A stretch of DNA of 36,171 nucleotides from a virus (taxonomy: Duplodnaviria > Caudoviricetes). The notes below the pieces were generated by a model. That model made no database searches. It had not been told where the DNA came from and was given only the letters and a program-made list of their open reading frames with translations. The stretch lies in IMG/VR virus record IMGVR_UViG_3300025103_004218, positions 1 to 36,171 of that record. One strand, given 5' to 3'. Shown in pieces: positions 24,829-34,700 of the stretch (position 1 is the stretch's first letter; the number at the start of each line of letters is the position of its first letter). The position numbers were made by a program, and so were the translations under genes.

Positions 24829-25454
24829 CAAAAATAACTTTTCATGGGGAATTAGGAGAGGAGCTTGGGAAAACTCATACTCTTAAAGTGCGTAGCGTTC
24901 CTGAAGCGTTACATGCTATAGATATAATGAGCGACAGCAAGTTAAGAAAATTTTTTATAGATGAAAAGAATAGATATAAAAAATATCAAATTATAGTAAA
25001 CGGTAAAGTGATTCCTTTTCCCGGAGTAAATAAGCTACAAAATAGTGAAGTATTATTACAAAATGAAAAATTGAAAACGGTAGAATTTGTTCCCGTTTTA
25101 GAGGGGAGTGGCATTTTTGATAGCGATTGGTTTATGATATTTATTGGTGTAATAGCTTTAGCTTATGCAGCCAATCCATTTAGTTATATGGCTGCGGTTT
25201 CCATGATTGTCGCTGGTATTTCAAATTTATTATCTAAGCCGCCCGACGCTCCAGAACAACAACAAATAGCTAACCCTAGCTCTGACCCAACTGAACTTGC
25301 GAATTCTTATCTATTTAGTGGTCCAGTAAACGTTTTAAATGAAGGCGGCCCAGTTCCTATAGGGTACGGGAGACTTCTCGTAGGCAGTCAAGTTGTTATG
25401 GCAACTTACGACGTAAAGAGAATCTTAACTAAAGACGCAGGAAGAAGAATTTAA
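24825..25454 (+). CDS. Tail assembly protein, lambda gpI-like
   Basis: ITFHGELG..LG, EALHAI, VPVLEGSG, a hydrophobic segment, and SYLFSGPVN..EGGPVPIGYGRLLVGS. Confidence 0.85.
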   Translation: MTKITFHGELGEELGKTHTLKVRSVPEALHAIDIMSDSKLRKFFIDEKNRYKKYQIIVNGKVIPFPGVNKLQNSEVLLQNEKLKTVEFVPVLEGSGIFDSDWFMIFIGVIALAYAANPFSYMAAVSMIVAGISNLLSKPPDAPEQQQIANPSSDPTELANSYLFSGPVNVLNEGGPVPIGYGRLLVGSQVVMATYDVKRILTKDAGRRI

Positions 25455-25457
25455 ATT

Positions 25458-28400
25458 ATGAGCAGCAATTCCAATGTAACAAATGCGGGAACATCCTCTG
25501 AGCAAATTGAAATTTCTTTGACGGATGTAAACGCTATTCGTGGGACTAACGCTTTTGGGTATGAAAAAATAGATTTCACTAATCAGATAAAAATAGAGGG
25601 CGTTTTTTCTGGAATGCTAACCTCTACTGAGACGGGGTTTTATACAGCTAGAAATAACATAAAAGTTTTAGATGTAATTTCCGAAGGTGAAATCGAAGGT
25701 TTGGTAAGTGGAGAATATAATTTTGAAGGGACTCATGGATCAATAGGGTATGATAGCTATACCGTTGATCCAATTCAGCCATCCCACCCAGAAAGTTGGC
25801 TAAAAGCTATACATTTAAACGAAACTCCAGTAGTTGGAGAAGGAAATTTATATAATTATCAACAAGTTGCTGTAGCTCATACCAATGGTGAACCGGGAGG
25901 GTTAAATGTTTCTGATGACTTCCTAGCGATTAATTCAAGCGAAGGTGTTGAAAGAGCAAGAACTATAAATGAAAGGCTAAGAGGGCCAGACCCGACCAAT
26001 GAAGACGAAGGATCAGACAACCCTTTCATATACCATCCAAAAGTTTACTATATAGCTAATCCTGAAATAGATAAAATAAAAATAAATATTAAAATACCGA
26101 GTTTAAAATATGTGAAACTTGGCTCAGAATTTACTAATGATGAACAGGGCGTCGGAACTGGAACTCAGTTAACTTTTAAATTTAGATATAGGGCAAAATA
26201 CTCTAACGGAACATCTAGCGTTTGGCTTCCTGACGCTGTTAACGGAGCTTCAGAAACCGTTTCGGGATTAATGTCTAATGCTTATCTTCATCCGGTTACG
26301 ATATCTGTTAATAGCTCATATATAACTGATAACCTAGTGGGCTGGGAAATAGAAGTTACTCGTGTCACTCTTGAGTCTATGGAGGGCCACATTTCTAATC
26401 AATCTTATGTTGATAATATTGTAGAGGTTTTCTCTTCTACTTTTTCTTTTCCAAATACATCTATGGTATCAATGGAGTTTGATGCAGAATATTTTTCTCA
26501 AATTCCGACAAGAGCTTATGACGTAAGACTGCTAAAAGTTAAAGTCCCTGTGGGGTATGACCCAATATTAAAAAGTTATCCAGCTAATTGGGATGGAAAA
26601 TGGCAAGGTGAAGAAACGAATACTCAAAAACGTTGGACAGATAATCCAGCTTGGATTTTTTATGATCTTCTAACAAATAAAAGGTATGGTCTTGGAAAAT
26701 TTGTAAATGAATTAACAATAGATAAGTGGACTTTATATAAAATTGCACAATATTGCGACCAATTAGTTGATGACGGTAATGATGGTCTAGAACCAAGATT
26801 TTCTTGTAATGTCTTAATAAACTCTAGAGAAGAAGCTGAAAAAGTATTAAGAGATTTTGCAAGTATTTTTAGGTCCATGATTTATTTTGGATTAGGTAAC
26901 GTACATGCCGTACAAGATTGTCCTAAAGAACCCCTCACTCAATTCGTTAATGGTAATGTTGAAGAGGGTAATTTTACTTATTCCTCTAGTTCTAAAAATG
27001 CCAGAACAACAGTCGTTTCTGTTAGATACAATGATAAACATAATTTTTATAAACCGGCAATCGAGTTTGTAGAAGATGCACAAGCTATTAAAAAGTATGG
27101 GTATCAGGAAAAAGAAATTACAGCGTTTGGGTGTACCAGTAAAGGTCAAGCTATCAGACTAGCTAGATGGATACTGTATACTGAATCTTACGAAACTGAA
27201 ATGGTTAACTTTAACTGTGGGTTAGAAGGAGCTATTTTGCGCCCCGGAGATTTAGTAAAGGTTATAGACGAAAACAGAAGTGATGATAAATATTCTGGTC
27301 GTATAATTGATGTTACAACTACTGGAATTTATTTAGATAAAAATTTATCACTTGATAATAAAAATTATTTATTAACCGTTAATACCCCAACTTATTTTTA
27401 TGATACTTCCATTACTGAGTTAACTCACGCTTCGCAAATTAACGAAATAAGAAGGTCTCAAATACAAACTTATGAATTTAATCCAAATATCTCCGACATA
27501 AAGATTTCTCATGAGCCATTAGTCAGCGGGGTTAGTGGAGATGCCAATCCCATTTTAGGAACCAAGATAGATTTTCATCCTAATATTTGGAATCAAACAT
27601 TTAACGATATTCATTACAATCTTCGAGACGCGGATTTAACTTGGTCTATACAAGACACATCTTATTCAGAAAATTATTATAATGTTATTTCAGTAAAAGA
27701 AAAAAATAACTTTATATATTCCGTAGAAGGATTAGAGCATAATAAAGAAAAGTATCTTGCTATAGAATCAGGCATCACCTTTACTCCTGCCGACCCATTT
27801 GATCCAGCTTCAACTGCCGCGCCCCCAAATCCTTCTGATCTTGATTTACAATTAGAAATAGCTAAAGACTCATCAGGAGGTAACACTAACACAAAACTGA
27901 TTAAGTATACGATCACTAAGCCAAGCTCTCTTGGAACTACGAATGGTTACTTGGTTTATATTAAAGAGGGCAGCGATTGGGATGACTCAGATATGCAAAA
28001 AGACGCTAATGGCGTAGCAACCTCTGTCCCAAAAGACGATTTTTTAAATGGCTCTTTATCAGTGACCATAAATCCCGGACAAACTTTATCAAGTTTTTAT
28101 TTTCCTAGATATAATAATACAACGTATTATTTTAGAATTTTCTCTCAAAATAGTATTGGCATTTTATCTACCGGATATCAACCTTCCTCCGCTGACCATA
28201 GCATTTTAGTCCAAAGTCATTACCCAATTAGAGACGTAAAAGTTCATTCGTTAAGAATGGCTGGTGATACATCAGCCAATCCTGCCGGACATAAAAGTGG
28301 ATGGGGTCTTGCGACAGGTAGTGATTTTACATTTACTTGGGATATATCTTTTGCGAATTCTTATATAACTAATTACCCCTTAGAATACAAAGTATACATT

Positions 28401-30167
28401 ACCAAAACGTCCGGCATAGGTGCTGGTCCAGTTGTTAATTCTTCAACATCTATAAAGGACGCAATATCTTCAGATAATAATTACATATTCACTTTCGAAG
28501 AAAATAGCAGTTCGACTTTGTCCGGTGCTCCCTTTAGGACATTTGATATCATTGTAGAGGCTATAGAAATTGGAGGAACAAACACGTCCTCCAATAATTT
28601 TACAAATTCAAATGGCTTTGATATTTACTACGTAAATAATCCAATACCTAAAGATTATAACTTAACCCCAAGAAGTGTAGATCGTAGTCGTCCGGGCCAA
28701 ATTGCCGCCGGAGAAATGATGTCCACCGAACAATACGTCACCTCTGACGGTCATTTAGAGTTAAGAATAAGGCAGTCTGTTTATAACGATTTGGCTGGAG
28801 GCTACATGTACCTCTCTGCACAGCCTTTCGATAATACTGACTTTGACCTATACGGGAAACCCGATAACGCAACTAGAATCAGCGAATTAACCGCAGAGCA
28901 ATTAAATTTTTCAGGACAATTTCAGATTTTAGAATGCCCCTTTGATTTTACTAGCGATACATTTTCGGCTGGTACGGCAACAGTTAAACCGGGAAACATT
29001 CTCGGAGCAGCATTTAACTTTAATTATACTCAGACTTATTACATGGCGGTTAAGTTAATTGACAGTTTTGATAAAGCTAGAAGAGATGCAGCCACTGAAA
29101 ACTGGGATAAAGACGTTCCTATAGGTTTTGCTAGATACAGTACTGTAGATGGTACTGACGGAACATCAAGAGACGTTAACGGTATACCTTGCGCTCTTTG
29201 TTCCGGAGATCAAGCTGTCCCGGTTTATCCTTATCAATATGCTAGTGCTAATTCAGATAACCCGTTCTTTGCGTGGATTCGTTTAAACGTAAATGGCCAA
29301 TGGGAAGGGAACGGGGTAGCTGCGGTTAAAATGCTAACGAGAGGTGACGTTGATACCCATTATGGATATAGAGGTTTTTATGATTTTGAATGTGATACAA
29401 TTTCAATTAACGAGCCCGGAATAGGCTACAAGCCAAATCATATTGACTCTCTTTCAGCTTGTAGATTTACTCAGGGTAAAATCATAAATTACGGTACTCC
29501 CGCTCAATATCCAGATAATAATAGTTTTGGTTTAGAAAGTCTTGTATATAACACAAGCACAAATCATTATGTTACGGGTTTAAAAATTGGTGTTCCAACA
29601 GCCCAAACTTACGCTGACGAATCTATCCCCTCTATTAACGCTCTAGGAGAGCCTATAGCAAATAGGTCAAGACCCTTGAAGGGATTCAGAAGGTTCAGGG
29701 TATACTTTGATACAAACCGTTTACCTCCCCCCCTTGAATCTAACGGATTGGCTCCTTATTCAATCGTTGGGCAAAACGCTTGGAATGGCGCATATGAATA
29801 TTATGACCCCTCTGATCCAGATAACATTTTAGCAGCAAGTGAAGGGGTTGATGATCAATCTTTTGGTCCAGTTATTCGAAGCTGGTTAAATAAAGATGTT
29901 CATTTTGAAAATGTTCCGGGTTTATGGAACCATCATCCTGCGGGATTTGGAGCAGGTTATGGAGGGTTAAAGAAGACTAGATATTATTTTGATGTACATT
30001 TAGGTAGAATGATTGATGGTAGCTATTTAAATGAAGCGATGTTTGGTGTATTATCTGCTAACGATTACAGTATTTTAGCTCAATTTGCTGAGCATAGATC
30101 GAGTGCAGCTACCGACCTAACTATAGCTCAGTATGACCCAAATACTTTTGTAACTGAAAACTTATGA
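25458..30167 (+). CDS. Central tail fibre / host-specificity protein, lambda gpJ-like
   Basis: LDVISEGEIEGLV, WTDNPAWIFYDLLTNKRYGLG, LYKIAQYCDQLV, EPRFSCN, AFGCTSKGQAIRLARW and LRPGD, followed by FN3-like segments. Confidence 0.9.
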   Translation: MSSNSNVTNAGTSSEQIEISLTDVNAIRGTNAFGYEKIDFTNQIKIEGVFSGMLTSTETGFYTARNNIKVLDVISEGEIEGLVSGEYNFEGTHGSIGYDSYTVDPIQPSHPESWLKAIHLNETPVVGEGNLYNYQQVAVAHTNGEPGGLNVSDDFLAINSSEGVERARTINERLRGPDPTNEDEGSDNPFIYHPKVYYIANPEIDKIKINIKIPSLKYVKLGSEFTNDEQGVGTGTQLTFKFRYRAKYSNGTSSVWLPDAVNGASETVSGLMSNAYLHPVTISVNSSYITDNLVGWEIEVTRVTLESMEGHISNQSYVDNIVEVFSSTFSFPNTSMVSMEFDAEYFSQIPTRAYDVRLLKVKVPVGYDPILKSYPANWDGKWQGEETNTQKRWTDNPAWIFYDLLTNKRYGLGKFVNELTIDKWTLYKIAQYCDQLVDDGNDGLEPRFSCNVLINSREEAEKVLRDFASIFRSMIYFGLGNVHAVQDCPKEPLTQFVNGNVEEGNFTYSSSSKNARTTVVSVRYNDKHNFYKPAIEFVEDAQAIKKYGYQEKEITAFGCTSKGQAIRLARWILYTESYETEMVNFNCGLEGAILRPGDLVKVIDENRSDDKYSGRIIDVTTTGIYLDKNLSLDNKNYLLTVNTPTYFYDTSITELTHASQINEIRRSQIQTYEFNPNISDIKISHEPLVSGVSGDANPILGTKIDFHPNIWNQTFNDIHYNLRDADLTWSIQDTSYSENYYNVISVKEKNNFIYSVEGLEHNKEKYLAIESGITFTPADPFDPASTAAPPNPSDLDLQLEIAKDSSGGNTNTKLIKYTITKPSSLGTTNGYLVYIKEGSDWDDSDMQKDANGVATSVPKDDFLNGSLSVTINPGQTLSSFYFPRYNNTTYYFRIFSQNSIGILSTGYQPSSADHSILVQSHYPIRDVKVHSLRMAGDTSANPAGHKSGWGLATGSDFTFTWDISFANSYITNYPLEYKVYITKTSGIGAGPVVNSSTSIKDAISSDNNYIFTFEENSSSTLSGAPFRTFDIIVEAIEIGGTNTSSNNFTNSNGFDIYYVNNPIPKDYNLTPRSVDRSRPGQIAAGEMMSTEQYVTSDGHLELRIRQSVYNDLAGGYMYLSAQPFDNTDFDLYGKPDNATRISELTAEQLNFSGQFQILECPFDFTSDTFSAGTATVKPGNILGAAFNFNYTQTYYMAVKLIDSFDKARRDAATENWDKDVPIGFARYSTVDGTDGTSRDVNGIPCALCSGDQAVPVYPYQYASANSDNPFFAWIRLNVNGQWEGNGVAAVKMLTRGDVDTHYGYRGFYDFECDTISINEPGIGYKPNHIDSLSACRFTQGKIINYGTPAQYPDNNSFGLESLVYNTSTNHYVTGLKIGVPTAQTYADESIPSINALGEPIANRSRPLKGFRRFRVYFDTNRLPPPLESNGLAPYSIVGQNAWNGAYEYYDPSDPDNILAASEGVDDQSFGPVIRSWLNKDVHFENVPGLWNHHPAGFGAGYGGLKKTRYYFDVHLGRMIDGSYLNEAMFGVLSANDYSILAQFAEHRSSAATDLTIAQYDPNTFVTENL

Positions 30168-30892
30168 TCGATAAAGATTCAAATAATATTTTGACAGTCA
30201 TTTTGAAAGATGACTCTCACATGTCTTTCGCTTTTCCTTCAGCTAAGTCTAAGGAAGAAGCTTTTAGGGAGGCTTTAATATTTGAATCTATAAATGAGGA
30301 TGATGTAAAAGAATATCACTATTCTGTTTCTTCTGATAAAACTTTAGAGTCTTTTAATTATTTTGATTCTTTAAAAAACGAAATAGATGAAAAAGCTCAA
30401 GCTATAGATTTTAAATGCGATGAATCCAGAAAAGAAAGGGAGCTTCTTTTTAAAAAATTAGACATGGAGTTTATGAAGTCTTTGGAGGGTGACTGTATCG
30501 AATGTAAAAATCATATAGTTCAAATTAAAAATTATATGAGAGACATGCCAGACTTAATGAAGGAAGAGTTCGAAGGTTACGATAATATAAAAGATATAAT
30601 ATTTTTTAATCCTTTTAATAATATATTTAAAATAGCAATTATAGACTTTGGAGGAGGTTATCTTACGCCCCCTCAAATTACCATAGACCCCCCAAACGGA
30701 AATAAGACGGGGTTTCAGTTAGAGGCCACAGCCTCTATTAAAGATGGAAGTATTTTTGAAATAAATGTGACAAAAGTAGGTAGCGGATACATAGATATGC
30801 CTAAAGTTAGGATAACCCCTCCAGATGAAGAAAATGGAGGTCAAGCGATTGCTATTGCTCTTTTGCCAGAAAATGATATATATATGGAGTAA
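30164..30892 (+). CDS. Putative tail-associated protein or fibre chaperone
   Basis: R..LFKKLD.EFMKSLE...KNYMRDMP resembles tail-fibre chaperones; repeated GGGYLTPPQITI / GSGYIDMPKVRI units at the C-terminus. Confidence 0.5.
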   Translation: MIDKDSNNILTVILKDDSHMSFAFPSAKSKEEAFREALIFESINEDDVKEYHYSVSSDKTLESFNYFDSLKNEIDEKAQAIDFKCDESRKERELLFKKLDMEFMKSLEGDCIECKNHIVQIKNYMRDMPDLMKEEFEGYDNIKDIIFFNPFNNIFKIAIIDFGGGYLTPPQITIDPPNGNKTGFQLEATASIKDGSIFEINVTKVGSGYIDMPKVRITPPDEENGGQAIAIALLPENDIYME

Positions 30893-30895
30893 GCT

Positions 30896-31768
30896 ATGCT
30901 AGAAAAACACACAGGAACTATACTAAAGGGTACAAATAAATTAATTACCTCCTCTCTTTCTGAGGTTTCATCTTTAAGAGAAGATAGTTTTGTGGTGATC
31001 GATGACCAAACTAATTTTTACAAAATAATTGGGAAAGAAAAAAGTTTATATATTAAAGATGCTATTGTAGAAGATCAAGATAAGCTCATTTTGACTGGTG
31101 ATGATAGATATAAATTTTGCCTAAATGATTTAATAACCTTTACTCACAAGCAGTATTACATTTCTTCCGTTTCCGTTGACCCAGATAACCGTGGAGCTTC
31201 CCATAAGGTCGATGATACTTTTAATTTAAAATTTACTGAAGGAATTTTATCAAGCTGCGGAACTCCTTCTGTAAATTCTTATGATGGCTCAGAAAATTAT
31301 CCTGAATTAAAAATTTCTGAAGTAGACGAAAGTGGAAAAATTTTGTCTTTAGAAATTGTTTCTGCGGGAAAATATAATTCAAAACCTGATTCTAGGGTTG
31401 ATTTTGACTTTGGGTTATCTCTAAATTTAGAGTTTAAAACTATCGAAAAAAGAGCTATGGAGGAAAGGGTTGTAAAATCTATAGTTAACAAAGGTCATGA
31501 TACAATTATTACATTAGACCATCCTTTACCTCAAAATTTTGTTATGGGAAAAGCTTCTGTTAACAAGTGGGAACTCTTATTGAATATTAATTATTGTGGT
31601 GAAGATAATCTAAACTGCGCCTTTACAGTTTGTAAAGATTTTACCCCAAACTGCAATCTTCCGTTAATGCATGTTGGGGCAGTAACTAATGAGTCTGCCT
31701 ATAATGAAGCTATGTCTATTTTAGATGCTAGAGTGAAAGCTCTAGAAGATAAATGGAAGATTGACTAA
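30896..31768 (+). CDS. Hypothetical, probably structural protein
   Basis: 290 aa beta-rich ORF at the end of the tail operon, with a short C-terminal coiled coil (ILDARVKALE). Confidence 0.55.
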   Translation: MLEKHTGTILKGTNKLITSSLSEVSSLREDSFVVIDDQTNFYKIIGKEKSLYIKDAIVEDQDKLILTGDDRYKFCLNDLITFTHKQYYISSVSVDPDNRGASHKVDDTFNLKFTEGILSSCGTPSVNSYDGSENYPELKISEVDESGKILSLEIVSAGKYNSKPDSRVDFDFGLSLNLEFKTIEKRAMEERVVKSIVNKGHDTIITLDHPLPQNFVMGKASVNKWELLLNINYCGEDNLNCAFTVCKDFTPNCNLPLMHVGAVTNESAYNEAMSILDARVKALEDKWKID

Positions 31769-34700
31769 GCGTTCTTTCTTTGAAAGCTTCCTAAAACTCC
31801 ACCCTGTCTTGTTTGTTCAATTATAGTTTTAACAACTACATCCTTAATAACTTCACCTAAGTTGTTGCCTTCTTCTCTATTATTATCGTACTGAGTTTCA
31901 GTATTTACTGAGCCTTCTCCGTCGCTGCTCATATTAACAGTAACGTTGATGTTATTTGAAATTTCTTGAGAACCACCACCGACAAAACTTTGAGGGCTAG
32001 AGTTTTCACTTACGTATCCTCCCTTTTCAAATCTTGGTAATGAACCTTCATTTAATTTATCGAAAAACGCCTTTCCATGTCTAGATACAGCTTGTTTAGA
32101 TATTACGTATTCTCCACCCATTAACAATGCTGGAACGTTATCTGGAGATAAGCCCCCCTGAGCCATTCTACTGACTTGCCCACCAAACCTACCTCCACCA
32201 CCAGCAAACCAACCGCCCACTTTACCTGCGCCCCACTTCATTCCGCTACCAATGCCGCTAGTTACCCTTCCGGGAATACCCATTATTCCTTTTCCTAGTC
32301 TGTATCCATAATTTTGTTTTATGTTCCCGCTAAATAATTGGTTACCTTCCGCTAGTCCCATCGTTAACGCTATTGCCGCAGAAGTGTAAGCTTTTTTACG
32401 TCTGGCCTTTTTAGACTTTTTCCATTCTTCGATTTGTGTTAAATAATTTTCTTGCTGCTGTCTTACTGATTTTTCGTAATCGTATAGTCCGGCTTGTTTT
32501 CTTATTCTAAATTCGTTTTGTGGATTATTTTCATCTATTAAAGAGAATCTACTTAACCTTCTATCTATTTCAAATTTGCTCCCCTTTGCTGTCGCATAAT
32601 TATTATCATCATAAATAAATGCATTTCTTAATATTGATCTTGTAGAACGGTTCCCAGTATTCGTCATGGAAGTTAGCCCAGCTTGAGGGTCAGGACTTTT
32701 TCCGGCACTTTGTTTTAAAAGCGTATCTCTTGCTTTTTCTAGAACCATTTGCCCTCTAGCGGCTCTCAGAATTCCGTGATTATTTAACTTGTCAAGAAAG
32801 TCCATTCCATATTTTTGTACGGAAGATTTTTTAATTACGTATTCCCCTCTAGTTAACATGGCTGGGACATCATCTCTCACGCCAGAGCCGCCTACGACAG
32901 GACCACCAGAAGCATACCTACCTATACGACCTCTTCCTACACTACCGCCCTTTGCTCCTTGCGGAGCTTGTAATCCTGCGGGAGCAAAAATAAATTTATC
33001 AACAGCCATTTGAATTAAAGTTTTGGTAATCATGTTACCAATTTCATCAAATAAATCCTTAAACCCTTCTCTTAACTTTTTGGTTCCGTCAAGGGCGTTA
33101 TAAAAAACGTCGGCTAATCCAGTTCTAAGTTTTTGAGTTACTCCCCTTCCCAGCTTGTCAAGTTCTCGGTAAAAGTCTTGAGGGGTTTTAGTTAATTCTG
33201 ATCTCATTGAACGTATGAAATCTTTCATTCCATACTTCTTAAATTTAATATTATTTTCTGTAAGTGCGTCTGCAGCAGCACTGATTGATTCTCCGAAGGC
33301 GTAAGTTTCTCTTCTTATAACTTCAAAAGAAGCTTGTAAATTGGCAGTTTGCTGCTCTTCTCCTAGCTCTTGAGCCTTGTCTCTCTGTTCAGCAACATAG
33401 CCGGGAGTTACTTTACTAAGGTCTAACTGTTGGTATTGCCTCATTGCTTTTAGCGAGGGATCATTAGCCAAATTTTGTCGGTATAAAGCCATCTGATCTC
33501 CAGTGGGAGTTTTTATACCAGAAATTTGATTTTTTATTTTTTGATTTTCAGCACCCCAAGCATTTTTTCTTTTCATGTATTCGTCATATGTTTCTCCCGG
33601 AACATGAATTGGTGTTCCTGTAGCTGGATCAATTTTTGTTGTAGCGGGTCTTTGTCGCCCCGGACCCCACTTTAATCTTTCGTCCAGCTTTGCTTGTAAC
33701 TCTTCTTTTTTGGTAACGTTTTCGATGGTTCCGTAATCTTCAATACCGGCCATTTTCGCTAACGCTTTCTCTCTGGCCACTTTATTTCCTTGAAGCCACG
33801 CTTGGTATTGCTCGTTAGATTTTCCTCTAAAAGATAATGCTCCTAAGCCTAATTGAGTTGGGGTAACGTTTCCACTTAGTCTTTGTGCTAATGCACCAGC
33901 CCCTTGATTAACTTGAAGTGCGTCTGTTACAGCGTCAAGACCTGATATTAACCTTTCGTTTGAGCTTATTACATTTTGCGCTCCTACAATTTCCTTTTTT
34001 AAAGTTTCTATTAATGCTGGAGTATTTGGGTCCATAGGTTCTCCCTCCCACCCCTTATTAATAAATTCAATTCTTTGCAAATTTTCTGAAATTTTCTTAT
34101 TAGCTTCTGATATTGTTGAGCCATAAACTGACATTTGCTCTTGTAAAATTTTTAAGACTGCCCCGGTTTCTTTTCCTCCGTGAGATATAGCAAAATCAGA
34201 GCCCATAACTCCACTTAAACGCTCTTTAATTGGAGATAGGGCATTCGCTGTACTTGCTCCCCCTAATCCTCCCGCAGTACCACTCATAAATGGAGTTAAA
34301 TTAAATTGACCACCCATTAATAATGATCTGCTTATATTTCTATAAGGAACTTTTCCAGTTTGCGGAGTTAATCCAATCTCAGCCAAAGCTCGATCTCTTT
34401 CTGATTGTTGCTTTGCTTTTCTTCTATATTCTTCTTGTATTACGCTTTTTTCTTTTTTCCATTGTGCTTTTATTTCTGCGGCGGTAGGAACATTTTCCAA
34501 AGCTTTTTTAGCTTTTTCTAATCTCTCTTTAGCCACTTTAAGCTGTTCATCTAATGTTTCTTTTTCCTTCTGAGTCGCGTTAACCTTTGCTTTTTCTATA
34601 TCAAGTACCTTTCGCGCTTCAACTTGAGCTTGTTTTTCTAACTTTTCACGTTCTGCCAATTTTGCCAAACTTTGCGTTTGGGCAACTTGAAGTAAACCTC

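Noticed and set aside
25458-31768. Diversity-generating retroelement or invertible tail-fibre cassette
   Set aside because: No reverse transcriptase, invertase or template/variable repeat pair was noticed in the window.
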